DNA of 64,000 nucleotides from Octopus vulgaris (GCA_951406725.2 OX597826.1:41664001-41728000), one strand, 5' to 3'. Positions 41,716 to 56,513 are shown, counted from the first letter of the stretch. Made by a program: numbers and translations. The notes: generated by a model not told the origin, from the letters alone.

Positions 41716-42607
41716 GTTAAATTATATTTAGGGGGGGGTAGACTAACGAGGGGGTAAGCTTCAATCTGGTCGCTCGACCTAACAGCAAATTCTCCTCCGA
41801 AACTGTCTTTACTCTCTAAAAAAAAAGGATAAAGAAATGGAAGTCTGATAATTCTTTCGTGATGCGATGATCATGGCTGGAATTATTCATTTAGCTTGCA
41901 CCAGAGTCTAAAGAACTACAGCAACAAAAATATGTTCTGGATCAGCGGTGAACCTCAATAGTGACGCATCTACTTCCAAAATAAGCAGCGAAATCTCTGT
42001 CAAACCATGCCTAAAGAACTTTAGAAAACCGTTTCTGAATTTGACACAAGGCCAGCAATTTTGGTAGGAAATGTGGTAGTCGATACCATTGACTCCATTA
42101 TGTTTTACACTTTAAAAAAAAAATTTATTGACTCCAAAAGAATGACAGGCAAAGTTGACTTTGGCTTTATTTGAATTCATAATGTAAGGAACTGGAGGAA
42201 ATATAGCAAGGCATTTTTTGTGGTACTCTCATTGGAAAATGCTATGTAAAACACGCTTTAGTCATGTCTGGGACATTTTATGTGTGAGTTTGGTCTGGTG
42301 CAAAAAAACCTTGTTGTCCATTTGAGAACGATGGCACCGGCGAAGTTAATATTCCCTAATCTGTTTTACGTTAACGTCAACGGGAAAAAGAACTTGAGCA
42401 GGGAGTGATAGCATTCTGGGGAGGAAGGGTTGTATGGTTGGTGAATATAGGACCTATGCATAGACAGAGCACGAGTATGTCGGGATTGCTTCATCATAGT
42501 TTTCGTGAATCAAGGCTAACGTGATCTCGGGCTAAATGCCATTAACAACAAATAGAACAATTTTAAGTATTTCCATATAAATGTGTCCAATATCATAATA
42601 TAACATA

Positions 42608-42810
42608 GGCGGCGAGCTGGCAGAGTCGTTAGCGCGTTGGGCAAAATGCTAGGCTTCATTACGTCCTTCTTCAAATTTCGCCGAGGTCGAACATGCCTTT
42701 CATCCTTTCGGGGTCAATAAAATAAAGTACCAGTGGGGTACTGAAGTCGATGTAATCGACTTAAGCCCCACCCCCAAAAAACTGCTGGCTCTGATTGAAA
42801 ATTTGAAATG
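42608..42810 (+). mobile_element. SINE family A, diverged
   Basis: GGCGGCGAGCTGGCAGAGTCGTTAGC head and core. Confidence 0.8.
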
Positions 42811-43264
42811 AATATTATAATATAATATAAGTGCTTAACATAAGTAACGCGTGTCGCATGACTGGCATATCAGTGAAGGAAACATAAGAATAAAAAGTAA
42901 TGCTTCTAAAGTGATTTATATCATGGCTGTTTGGTGTTGTTGATGATAATGATGATGATGATGATAATGATAATTTCTAGTTAGTGGTATGCGATTATTT
43001 TTTTAACTATATTTCAGATTTTAAATTAAAATGAAACGGCTGAAGATTAATCGGAAATGCCTTTAAAATATGGAATTGGACAAGAGTTCTACTGTAAAGA
43101 ATGATGACCAATCGGAGATTAATTGATCTCTTGATATGATATTTGTGTCACTCAACCACACGTTCTTGGGTTTAATCCACTGCATGGCACCATCGACAAA
43201 GGTTTTCTACTACAGCCTCTATCACAGGAAATGAAAGAAGCCTGGTGTATATGTACATACGTAC

Positions 43265-43295
<31 letters not shown>

Positions 43296-43606
43296 TGTAT
43301 GTATGTATGTATGTATGAAAGAAAGAGAGAGAAAGGGAGAGGGAGAAGGAGAGAGTGAGAGTAAAATAGCGAGGGATAGGAGAGAGAAAAGGATGAAGAG
43401 TTGAGGGTAAACACCAGGAAAATGAAGTCTGCTCCTGTAATAAAGTATCCAGTTTCGAACCCTACGTATGACATGACAAAATGATTGGATTACGAGAAAC
43501 CAACACAGCAAATAGATATATGCCTCATTTTATTTCCTCAAAAATAACAAATGCCATACTTTAAAAGCGATTGCTCTACAACCAATGCTTGCACTTACAG
43601 ATACAC

Positions 43607-43668
<62 letters not shown>

Positions 43669-44055
43669 CTGTGGTTGTATGCCTGCATGTATGTGCGTGA
43701 GTATTTGAAGTCTGATTTGATAGTAATATGCGACCTGTGAGGTTTTTTTGACACCTAGTGTGATGCAGTTTAAATAAATAAGAACAATAAACCCTGTAAC
43801 TTCCTGTGCAAATATATAAAAGTTGGTGGAGAAAAGATCTCGTTTGCTATTTAAGCAGTAAATCCTCTGAAATCACATTTGTTTTTTAGATATATTTTCA
43901 TTAAGGCTTTAGTTTCACTTTAGCTTTTATATTCACATACATACATACTCACGCACGTATACGTTCATACATACGTAAATATATATATGTATATATATAC
44001 ATGTATATGTCTATGTATGTATGTATGTATGTATGTATGTATGTATGTATGTATG

Positions 44056-44114
<59 letters not shown>

Positions 44115-44689
44115 AAATGAGTAGATACGGCTTTTTTGTGGAATAATTTTTATTTTAATTTTATTTGTGTAAACATTATTACTAAGATTAAAATAAAAAA
44201 TTATCTCCAAAAAGGCCATCTCTACTTATTTTTTCAAATGTATATCATACTGTACCATGAGCTTTCTGTTTTGTAAGAAGTTTTTTCCTAGTGTGTGTGA
44301 GCACTTTCTATTAATCTTTTGAAACACACGTGCTCTTGAAGAATGTATAAAGAATAATGCAATAAACCTCATTAACCTACAGCTGTTTCCACCATTGGAT
44401 GCAGTGCACCAAGAACTGAGTGCTTGTGCAGCTCCTCGGAGCTGCCCTTCATGTTAGAAGCTCTGAGGAAGCTATAAGTTTATGTACAAGTATTCAGCTC
44501 TCGTTGCGCTGCATCTTATAACAGAAACAACTGTAACGAATGTCATTTTCATTTGTCATTATTTCATTTCATGTTATGCTCTTTTCTCTACTAACTGTTT
44601 ATTCTGAAGTGTGTGTATACTGTATTCTAATGCCAGCTGAACAGCATTGCTATGCCTAAGCGAAACATCTTAGTAAGAATGGAAAGGAG

Positions 44690-45745
44690 ATAGATTCCTT
44701 AATACAAACTGTAAGGCTCTCCAGCAAAGATATAGGTATAAAATTTGGTATAGATAAGTGTGCATTAGAAAGGGACAGCTAATCAACAGTAAATGAATCC
44801 AATTACCAGATGGCCAGGCATTAAAATCCTTGAAAGGAGGAGAGAGTTATAAGTATCTAGGAGTATTAGAATCTTACAGAGTACTAACTACAGAAATGAA
44901 GGCGAAAATTGAAAAGAAGTATATTAGAAGGGTGAGGAAGCTAATGAAGTCAAAGCTAAATAGTCCGAATCTAGTGAAGGTTATAAATAATTGAGCAGTA
45001 TCATTACTTAGATACTCAGCAGCTTTTGTAGAGTGGACAAAAACTGAATTAGCAAAACTAGACAGAAGAATTAGGAAGGAATTCAATATGAATGGAGGAC
45101 TCCAGCCAAGGGCAGGAATAACAAGATTATACCTACCTAGAAAGGAAGGTGGAAGAGGGTTAATATCAGTAGAAGACTGCGTGGAGTTAGTTAGAGTAGA
45201 TATAGACTCCTATGTAGGTAATAGCGAAGAAAGTTCATTAAAAGCTGCGAGGGTCACAGCAAGATATAATAAGGAAGCCCAAATCCCAAACGAAGTTAAA
45301 AACCAGAAAAAATAACAGAAATTATCTGACTGACAGAAGGTGTTGAATGGTAGATTCCCAAAGGTAGTTACGGCAAATAATAGCAGTGAGACATGGTTGT
45401 GATTGCAGAAAGGAAAACTGAAGAGGGAGACAAAAAGTTTGTTAGTAGCTGCACAAAACCAAGCATTAGGGACTAATTAGATAACAGCCAAGATAGACAA
45501 AAAACAAGTAGATTCCTAATGTAGACTATGCAAATCAAAAGAGGAAAGCGTCTGTCATATAGTAAGTGAATGTAGCATGCTGGCACAAAAAGAATACAAG
45601 AAAAGACATAACAATCTAGGGAGAGTAATCCACTGGGAGCTATGTAGAAAGCTGGGATTTGAACATACTGATAAACGGTATGAACATTAACCTAGTAAAG
45701 TACTAGAAAGTAAGAAATATAAGATGTTGTGGAACTTTAACATTC
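44690..45745 (+). mobile_element. Dong/R4-clade non-LTR retrotransposon fragment (RT thumb + CCHC)
   Basis: DIGIKFGIDKC, YKYLG, RLYLPRKEGGRGL, AAQNQAL, CRLC..ESVCHIVSEC and KRHNNLGRVIHWELC motifs, with stops and frameshifts; followed by (AAT)n. Confidence 0.88.
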
Positions 45746-45747
45746 TC

Positions 45748-45802
<55 letters not shown>

Positions 45803-45880
45803 GTAAGAACATGTAGTTAGGTACATATATGTATACACACTTATACATTTATATACCCGTATATATATACATTCATATTT

Positions 45881-45923
<43 letters not shown>

Positions 45924-45930
45924 CGTACGT

Positions 45931-45977
<47 letters not shown>

Positions 45978-45987
45978 TATACATATA

Positions 45988-46088
<101 letters not shown>

Positions 46089-46121
46089 GTACGTACACAC
46101 ACACATATATATATATATACG

Positions 46122-46161
<40 letters not shown>

Positions 46162-46512
46162 CATTCATATATATATATATATATATATATATAGGCATGT
46201 GTGTGAGATAATTGGTTCAATGCCCCTGTAGTCCGTGACAATGCAGGGTGTGTTCCAGCGTGTGTTCCTGGGTGTTTCTGGGTTTGTCTTTGTTTATCTG
46301 CGATCACGGTATCATCGTTTTTACTCTAAAGGACACAGATGTTAACAGTGTTGTTGTTGTTGCTGCGGCTGTTGTTGTTTGTTGTTCTTCTTCTTCTTCT
46401 TGTAGTACCCATCTCAACTAGTTGAGTTGCTTATATCAGATGTATACATATGCACACACTCGCTCTTACACAGACACAAACACATACGTATACATACGCA
46501 TACGAACATTGA

Positions 46513-46557
<45 letters not shown>

Positions 46558-47267
46558 GTATATGATCAGACTCCAATGAGGGTGTTGGTGTTCTGCATCG
46601 GTAAGACTTATATTATTAAGTAAAATCTTTAAAAATAAGTACTGTGAACTTGTAGGGAGGAGTGGAAAATCCACCGTTTCAGATACAGTCCTTCATAAGG
46701 GCAAAGTTGAAAGTAGAGAACTTAATAAGAGGGAGGATAGTTTTTACAACCTCTAGGTTAAAAAAAGAACTGGCTGCACGCACACACATACTCGCGCGCA
46801 CGCGCGCACACACACACACACACATGCACACACACACACGCACGCACAAATTGAAGTTTTTCCCATCGTAGAAAAACCAAAGTATTCCAACCACTTAGTG
46901 TTTTAACATGTTCAACATAAGTTTTGTATGGATAGAACTAATTTCTCTTGTCACATCCAACGTAAAAATGAACACTGCGCATCACATACGACGTGCAGCG
47001 GATATCCTCACATACAACTCTTCGGATGGTGCATTTTGAAAAACTTTCCTCGATTCAACACGATGTGTATTTTTAGTGATGTATATTGTATATGGTGATT
47101 GACGATTTAAAGTCTAATTCTCAGCATATCGGGATAGAATTTTTTTCTTCTGCCCTTATAATTGTTTATAATTTTCACCTTAAAAGGTATTTTAATTTGC
47201 TGGTCACTTGAAATTGTTTTAAAAAATTTTATCCTATATTAGAAGTATACAAACATACATACATACA

Positions 47268-47415
<148 letters not shown>

Positions 47416-47599
47416 ATATATATATATATATATAAAGACCAAAATTCTGAAAGACCAAAATCGTGAAACACAGAATACAAAAATTATGAGCCGTGAAGTT
47501 ATAATGTGTTAAAGAATACTCTACATTAATCATACAGATATCTGTGTTGATAACACCTATAAGGAGGTGCTTTTTCCATTCGCCAAAGTGAATGAAACC

Positions 47600-48270
47600 T
47601 TGGCCAGGAGGAATTGATGTCATCAGACGGTATCCAACGTTCATTGGGCGTTTCGATCCTGAACCGTAACACGCATCCACCCGTTGGTGGATCAGCAGAG
47701 TCAATCAAGTCACTACTCCTTATCTACTCCTGGCTCCAAAGCCAACAAGAGGCTCTTTCAGCTGCCTCACCCGTCCTATACAAAGCCACCCTTCGCTCTT
47801 CACCTCTCATTCCAATTGTTGTAAGCATCCTCCATGCTGAATGAGCAGGGAATCCTCTACAGCCAATCTAGACTGGGAAAAGCCATACCTGCCATCTCTT
47901 CTCCCTGTAGAAACCTCATATCTCGCACGCTTCCGTTCATGGGCTTCATTATGCCGCTCTTCCCACGGGACTGTGAGTTCAATTACGATAATTTTCATGG
48001 CATTTTCAGACCACAGGACCACATCTGGCCTCAGGATTGTATAGACAACCTGGGGGAACTGCAATCTCTCCTCTACGTCTACTTTCATATCCTATGTTTG
48101 TGAGTGTGTGTGTGTGTGTGTGTGCAGCAAGCTATGTAATGTTTTTGTTGACTTACTGGTCTGTCTCTCTCTCTCTTTCACGAACTTAATTGCTGCTGTT
48201 GCCTTCCCTTAGAGATGATATTCCTTGTGCCTTTCCTCCAGCTTCCATAGGTTCCAGCTTTCATAGGTCA
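47600..48270 (-). mobile_element. HERO-like RLE non-LTR retrotransposon 3' fragment
   Basis: LRPDVVLWS...IELTVPWEE...ERKRARYE (PD-D/E endonuclease), then GCRGF and EAAERASCWLW after a frameshift. Confidence 0.8.
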
Positions 48271-48699
48271 GTCTATGTGAGCTTGTTCATAGAGAGGTCC
48301 CATCTAGTCCATGCATCCTGAAATACCAATTACACAACTCTCGACTTCCTTCCCAAGAATACAACAGGGATGTGGCTAGAGTCTCACGAGGCTAACTATG
48401 AAATGGGCGAATGACCAACTATGTTGGTCGTTTCGGTTAAGAATGTTGTTTTGAAAGTGTGTAATATATCTGTCTCTGGACAGTATTGACTACCTGGTCA
48501 AGTTTATGATTAATACTGTCCGGAGAATATACACCACGAGCAAGGATAACAGGGCAATTAATAACTATGTTGCAAATACGGACAGCGACCATATCAGCAA
48601 CAACACAAATAAAAATGAAGATGAAAATAAAAACTTTTGTTCTTCAAAAGTTTTTCACTCAAACCCCAATCTAATTATGGGGACAGGAAGCATGTCGTA

Positions 48700-48985
48700 T
48701 ACAAAGGTAAAAACAGGAAGAAACGTGACGTAACATAGTATAACTCTCCCTTCAATTACGTAATACATACTAATATAAGTAGAAAACTATTTAGTATACT
48801 AAAGCGCGACCTTACTCCCTCACAGAAGTATTACCGCTTATCCTCCTGTAGGGTTTCCTGCCTAACACTCCCCAATTTAGGTACAATTATAGCTGGCCTG
48901 AATAAGAAACACATATCCATGGCCCAAAGTAGTAATAATACCCTTAGTAGTAACGCTCCAAATTAAAATAGCAGTAAGAAAAACG

Positions 48986-49016
<31 letters not shown>

Positions 49017-49017
49017 C

Positions 49018-49068
<51 letters not shown>

Positions 49069-50030
49069 CTTATCACCACTATCTCTACCGACACTAATAC
49101 TGTATACAACAATACCAACAGCGAGCTAGTATTGTCAGTGAGTAGATGTTATACTACTGACAAGAATCAGCCAGCCACAAATAGGGATAGCAGCCGTACC
49201 AACTATGTCACAACTATCAATAGTAGCAGCGGTATGGATTCCACCAGCTTAAGCTCATACAATATTGCTCCCTACAACACTCTCTCCACTAGCTCTAATG
49301 ACAGCCCACCTACTCCCATTTATGTTGCCGATATGTTAAACGCACAGAACTCTAACACCTGTGTTGGTAATCTTTCCATTATACCACCCACCCTCGACCC
49401 TTTAGTGTCACTATCTGAAAATCAAATCTCTTACGTCAGCGCCAGTCTCAACAGTCTGCGACCCAAGATTCGGCAACTAATTTTAATCATAATAGTATTG
49501 ATCATAGTAATATAAACCCCAGCAACTAACTCTCGCGAGCTTGAACTATTACGCAATGATAACGTTGGATCATGTACCCGTAACAATAAATTTCAAGTAT
49601 TAGAAAATATTGGGTGCAATTGTTTAGACAAAATATCTCGTCCACTTTCTGGTCAATGTTTAGCAGAAAATATGATTTACAAATGTGATGTAATGGAAAC
49701 CACTATTGATCGACTGTTCAGTAAATCTCAAGGGACGCTTAGGCAATCACTATTCATCCTTTAAATTAAGACGTAGGGCTGGCAAGACGTCTCTAGCCAT
49801 GAAGATTTGGGAACTCAAGGACGACAATGTTAAATTTGACTTGAATTGCGACATCATTATGGTCGCTAAACCGTACTTAAACAGTAGATACGGATACAAA
49901 CTTTGCTGCATGGTGCTATTTGAAATTTTAAGATCTAAGATCTAATTTTAAGAGAAAAATCTACTAAATAATAAAATAGAACTTCGTCTTCCTGTATACA
50001 TATGGCTACCCACACGTTTAAATACTTTAA
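48700..50030 (+). mobile_element. Decayed Penelope-like element (RT thumb remnant, N-rich linker, GIY-YIG endonuclease)
   Basis: TPNLGTIIAGLNKK-like segment near 48860; GCNC..RPLSGQCLAENMIYK (~49610); KGRLGNHYSSF..TSLAMKIWELKD..KPY..KLC..LLN. These match the C-terminal GIY-YIG signature of Penelope-like elements. Confidence 0.75.
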
Positions 50031-51066
50031 GGACATTAAACACCCCCCCTATAATAGGCGCCAATCTAGGTCCAATCCAATTTACTCCCTCTTTCATTAA
50101 CCCATTCGTCTATCGATCTACCCATTCGTTTCTGAGTTCTCCTGGTCTCGTTTTCCCCTTTACCAATACCTTCTAACCGCTCTAACTATACTTACATGGT
50201 ACGCTATATTGAAGGAATGAATCGTTCTATCTGTGGTGTACTCGGTATTATGCGATAGCAATGACAATGACACTTAACCTCTAGTAGCAGCCTGCACACC
50301 CTAGACAGTTCATTTCCATTCCTATTAAGTAAGTACTCCTTACACCGACATACAGTTTGTTTTTTATAAACACCCGTTTAACATTCCAAATTGTTAATCT
50401 TTAGACTACCCCCTACTGCTGGCTTTCCTTATTATCTCATCTGCTTTTTCTTCTCACTCTATGTTAGGTGTAGTTCATTATATAATCCCATCCTTCTTTA
50501 AATTCTTTAAACTCATTATTGATAGGGTGCACTCTACTATAACTTCAATTCTATAAACGTTTGACCTTCGTACCCACCCCCTACTTTCAACCAATATCCA
50601 CTAAATACCCGTAGATCTCTGTGTTTCTCTGTACCCCTCCCTTAGTTATTTACCATCAGCTAGAAGTTTCTATGCCACGACCCTATACCTGATTGGCTTA
50701 GTTGGTTTTACTTTAAATTTTAAATTTCCCTTCACTCTTACGTTTGATTTATTTATCATTTCTTTTCCCCTTCTATAATAAATTATCTCTTACACCCCAC
50801 CCCAGACTACACACTTTCAAGAACTACATTCTTAATCTAAACGGCCAACATAGTTGGTCATTCTCCCATTTCATAGTTGGCCTCGACAGACTCTGGGCAC
50901 ATCCCTGCTGTATTCTTGGGTTATTCATTTCTTTTGTAACATTGCTTCTCGTCTGAATATTACGGTCTTTTATAATGATGTAATGTTTTCATTCTTCTAT
51001 TAAAACGTACGTAAGAAACAGATGTTATGAGCAGATAATTATTCATCGTATGTTATTATTCATTTG

Positions 51067-51122
<56 letters not shown>

Positions 51123-51132
51123 TACATGTATG

Positions 51133-51190
<58 letters not shown>

Positions 51191-51242
51191 CATGTATAGA
51201 ACCCGCCACATGTCTAAATTTAATTTTCATAGCATTTTTTTG

Positions 51243-51316
51243 ATGGCCTGATAACTGAAGAGATGCCGCCGTGGGTTTCCGCCCCGACATCCGAAACTCG
51301 GAGTTTTATCATGGCT
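51243..51316 (+). ncRNA. Type I minimal hammerhead ribozyme motif
   Basis: Stem I TGATAA/TTATCA; core CTGAAGA (51255-61); stem II GATG/CATC; GAAA (51293-96); stem III CTC-G-GAG; GUU cleavage triplet. Confidence 0.7.
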
Positions 51317-52131
51317 ACCGAATAATTGTCACATATTATATTTACAGCTATATTATATATCATCTATATATATATATTTATATATATATATATATATGTA
51401 TGTATATATGTACGCACAGACCCCACCATGCACACGCGCACGAGCGCACACACACATACGTATGTATTGCACGACATGGTATCATTAAGTAACGAAATTC
51501 TGTGGGATGGGGCATCATCTCAAATCATCCACGACAACTCGGCCATCTTTATAGGCTAAAGCACTAAAGCTATTTGCTCAATCATCCTACCAAACAATGA
51601 CCTACAATAAATTTTATCGCACATAAAACCATCAAAACATGACGTACATAATTTCATAAGTAGTTATACTGTCCTTCGTATCCAGGAGAGATTTTCCTCC
51701 GTCTGTGGGCGATACGCTTCTTTTGCATTGCCTCATTCACCACCACCACCACCATCACCACCACCACCACCACCACCACCACCACCATCACCACCACCTT
51801 CACCAGCACCAGCACCGTCAGCAACCACCAGCACCATCAGCACCACCAACACCACCAGCAGTACTAGCACCACCATCACTATTACCACCACTCCCAATAA
51901 AAGTAACAAATTTGAAAGTAATTGTGTGCAATACATACATACATACAGACATACATGTAAATATATGAGAATATATGCATATAAATGTGTGTGTGTGCGT
52001 GTGTGTATATAAATATATGTATGTATGTATATATTCTTTTATCCTTTTATGTTTCAGCCTTATGGCTGTGGTCACGCTGGGCACCTTATATATGTGCATG
52101 CATACATACATACATACATACATACATACAT

Positions 52132-52213
<82 letters not shown>

Positions 52214-52379
52214 CGACACAGAAAGATACAAACAGGGAAACAGAGTGCAATACTTCTATACACATTCATAGACAACACACACAATTGACATACACACTGA
52301 AACGTGCACTCTCCGAATAAATATATTAAAAAGGCACATACATGCACTCACACAAACACATACACATACGCACAGACAT

Positions 52380-52414
<35 letters not shown>

Positions 52415-53539
52415 GAGAGGCTAGCGAGTACACTTACTTGTACTTATGTAGCCAAGTAAACGGTATTGTTATAGAAGAGAATTCGGTTAATGTGATAAAG
52501 GATTGGCGTTAAAGAGCGACCCAGAGCTGCCTAATGAAGGCACCTGAATAATTTCAACAATGAGAAATTAAATGTAGAACATCACAGTTCTTGTGAGTTT
52601 AGTGCCACCAGAGAATAATGGTTTACTTGTCCATTGTTAGCTTTCCCTTACAAGTCTTTAAACAGCTGCCTCTTAAGTGGTGTTTTGCGAGCGGCATCAA
52701 CCGGAAGTTTTATTGGAACCTGTTTAGATTAAAGCACTTAAGAAGATCTGTTGTTTCCGTATTAAAGTAAGTCAGGAGAAACTGAAAATCAAAAAGCAAA
52801 ACAAATTATCACATCATTATAAAAATAAAATAGAATAATGTGAAATAAGTAAATAAATAAATAAAAAGAAATTCGTGAAAAGCTTCGAAAAAGATGGCAT
52901 TTTTTATAATGAAGCAATGGTTGTTTGTTGTTGACGTTATTTCGAAATTAATACCATATGTGTTGGATAATGTGAAATCACATTGTTTAGAAGTAAAGGA
53001 ATGATAATACAAATGATATCGTATTTTTTAGAGAATAGTAGGAGAAAGAATTATGCTATTATTCTGAATGCTGAGTACCATGTCTTACGGGAATGAATAC
53101 TTTCGTAGAATGGTAGCAGCACTCCCATGACATACAACATATCTTGGGTGAGATTTTAAAGACCCAGCCGGGCCCATCCCTTTCCAGGTTTATCTAGATC
53201 CGGTTTTATGGTAACAGAAAGAAAGGAGTACAGAGAGAGGAAGTGAAGAGTCGGTTTCACCACATAACCGCGTTGTTTATCGACTTCCGAATGGCACATT
53301 TGACATCGGCAGGGTTCAAACTCCATAGAAGTCAAAAGCTGCGAGAACCTGATATCAACTGAAAATATCCACAAAAATAATGATAGCGACAGGCACTACC
53401 TAAGAAGAGAAGAAGGATGTAGATGTTTTAGATCAATGCAGACAGCCACCGAATGTTGTATACTGTTCCACAGGCAGCACTTGCTAAACAACAGTCAGAA
53501 AAATAAATACAAGCATCAAAAAGAAATACATAAACTTAG

Positions 53540-54751
53540 TGCTGAAAAGAGAAGAGAAGAATATCCAATGTGTTGGCAGCGATCTTTTCAAGAAGCACTC
53601 TCTTCCTGATGACCTCCCATACATTCGGGCATGTTTCCCGAAGACTTGAAGACGACAGTAATATCGACATCAGGTGCAGACGTTTTTGGAATCCCTACAT
53701 CACATCACACTTCGAAGGCTATGCATTTGCAATCCAAGGGCAGGAGATGGCTACGAAATAGCTAATATGCAAAAGAGACAGACAAGCACTTGGAGCCCCA
53801 AGATGCAACTGAAACTGTCGATTATATTATGTTTCTTGTGGTTAGCAGCTGCCAAAGCTATATACAGTGCCATTCGGTGAAAGACTGATCTGGAATAAAT
53901 ATAGAGAACCCCACTATTATTGAATATATTCACAGACATTAACACAAGGAATACAGGTGGCACATTCCTGCCAAAATATTTACCAAGAGTAAAGATATTA
54001 TTGAATGGTTGTATACTGTCAATCTAACAAGAACGTGGCAGTAGGGGGTACACCACCGCTGTATAGCCCTAGGAAGCATCGAACGCCTCCTGATGGCTTT
54101 GACACATTTTTTTCCTGTGTCCTTATATACATTTACGAAGGGGAGACAAATGTATATAAGGACACAGGGTAAAATGTGTCAAAGCCATCAGGAGGCGTTC
54201 GATGCTTCCTAGGGCTATACAGCGGTGGTGTACCCCCTACTGTCACGTTCTTGTTAGATTGACAGTATACAACCATTCTATCGCCCCACCACCGTACATG
54301 TCTCTACAAGAGATTTAGAAATTCAATATTTCTTATAAAGATATTATTGTTTGAGACAAAAGAAAAGTATTTACCGTCAGAGAGGTTAGCTGTCCTGCGG
54401 ATGAGAATATCTTTTTAAAAATCAAAGAGGAAGAGAATAACTATGGGCAACTGCTTCAGAACACCCAACTTCTATATCCAGATTTTACATTCACAGTTAT
54501 ACCAATAGCAATTTGTGCACTTAGTTTTGTGAGTAAATACCTAAGTAAAAATCGGAATAAACAACGGTTTTCACAAAAAGAAATCAAATAACTTTCAAAT
54601 ACAGTCTGTAAGTGGAACAGTAAAAATATGCAAGTTCAAAATGTGACATTGTTTTTATTACCTTTATTTCAATGATGGAGTTCTGTATCTTTGTTAGAAA
54701 CCAGCTCCTTCCTCTGTGAAAGAATTCAAATAATTAAATGCAAAAGAGAAC

Positions 54752-54752
<1 letters not shown>
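53540..54752 (+). mobile_element. R4/Dong-like RLE LINE 3' portion, decayed and interrupted by a palindromic insert
   Basis: ITSHFEGYAFAIQGQEMATK, DII, EVSCPADENI and QIQSVSGTVKICK motifs; the 3' UTR is similar to 5790-6160. Confidence 0.7.
54003..54278. repeat. Long near-perfect inverted repeat (~131 bp arms, 13 nt spacer)
   Basis: 54003-54134 is the reverse complement of 54148-54278 with only a few differences. Confidence 0.95.
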
Positions 54753-54821
<69 letters not shown>

Positions 54822-54910
54822 TTTATTTAAAGCAGCAGAAAATTCAGCAAAACTTGTTACTCTGAATTTCCCGTTGCCGTTCATCGGACAGTTTTTGCTA
54901 GATTTACTCC

Positions 54911-54972
<62 letters not shown>

Positions 54973-55179
54973 TACATATATACATATATATATATACACA
55001 TATATATATGTGTGTATATATATGTATATATACATGCACACAGGGTACAGGGGTATTTAGGGACACTTAATTATTAGTATATTACGTTCATTACTTTCTT
55101 TACACCAAGTAAATGGTTTTCATTTCATTCAGATCCCTCGCAGAATGTAAAATGCTAACTTAAATTATAAGACTTTCAA

Positions 55180-55810
55180 TCATTGTTGCTATATGTGAGT
55201 AACACTGCGATTGAAAAATCGCCAATCTTTCTCAATATTGCAAGAACTTTTGTACTCAAAGTTTCGATGGTATTGTACGTCTCTGGCGGGAATGTATCAA
55301 CTGTATCAAAGAGAAAAAAAATTCTAAATGCTCTGATACTAAAAGATACCACATTTCACCCAACCATTTCGAAACATTATCGTTGATGCTCCCAGAAAAT
55401 CAGTGAAAGCCATCACCTTAGATCTACAGTGTTGAAGTAGACTCTTAGAATTGGTACACAAGGATATTCGATATAAGTCCTATGTACCAAGGAGAGTCCA
55501 ATTCCTGTCTGCAATGCTAAAGGAAAACTGTTTCATTTTTGCGAAGCGATTACTTTAGCAATGTTAAAATTCCTCACGAGAATGGAATATTTTGTTTCTT
55601 CTCTGATGAGAAAATCTTCGACCGAGGACAAATATCAAACAGGAGAAATATCTGATAGTTATGTGCAGATACTTCTAATGATTCCAGAATAATGTACTGT
55701 AAATTTCCAGTAGCTGTGGTGGTTTTAAGAAGGTTGGGTAATAAGGGTCACATCATGCCACCTAACATCTTTCTACAACAACTCAGAAATAATACTGCTG
55801 GGTAAGTTGA
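55180..55810 (+). pseudogene. Decayed Tc1/mariner-superfamily (maT/DD37D-like) transposase fragment
   Basis: FFSDEKIF motif (~55595), NRRN, KFPVAVVV and GHIMPP segments with many frameshifts. Confidence 0.55.
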
Positions 55811-55854
55811 GCAGTAAATCCTATGTAATCCGAGAAGGGATGTCAGATAATCAT

Positions 55855-56072
55855 AAGGTGATGGCCTCAGTTTTTAGGGGATGCAAAAGGCATTGCGTTT
55901 ATTGACTATCTTCAAAAGCGCCCCACCATCAATGGAGTGTACTATGTCAACTTGCTGAGGCAGATACGAAAGGCTACGAAGATCAAACAACCAGGAAAAC
56001 CGATGAAAGGGGTCCTGTTTCATCAGGACAATGCTCCAGCACACAAGTCCTTAGCTTCAATGGGTGCTGTGT
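55855..56072 (+). pseudogene. Mariner transposase fragment
   Basis: KVMASVF..DAKGIAFIDYLQKRPTINGVYYVNLL...GVLFHQDNAPAHKS. Confidence 0.85.
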
Positions 56073-56441
56073 GAGAAAATCATGATTTTTCCAAATATAA
56101 CATACCTTTAAGGAAATATGTATGTATGTATATGGTATATATACACACATACAACGATTTATATAATGATATATTTGTGTGTGTTAGGATTACTGCGTGT
56201 GTGTTTGTTAATGTTACTGCGTGTGTATTATGTGTGTGTGTATGTGTGTGTGTGTGTCTCTATGTGAGAATAAAATGCACCAAATATTTGTCGTGTTGTG
56301 CCCTAGTAAAAGTAGGTGAAACCCAGCGGGTCACTTACTGTATACATATATATATATTTGCGTAAAAGCCAAATGACAATTCACCATTTCGATATTTCAC
56401 AGCAAATTATTTCATTACGCTCACGCACATTGTTTTCTTAA

Positions 56442-56513
<72 letters not shown>

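Noticed and set aside
47615-47660. GAAAC...CTGATGA on the minus strand in the HERO-like 3' UTR as a permuted hammerhead
   Set aside because: The required stems do not pair convincingly by eye.
49132-49515. 127 aa S/T/N-rich ORF with a hydrophobic end
   Set aside because: It lies inside the decayed Penelope-like element as low-complexity linker; no independent gene signals.
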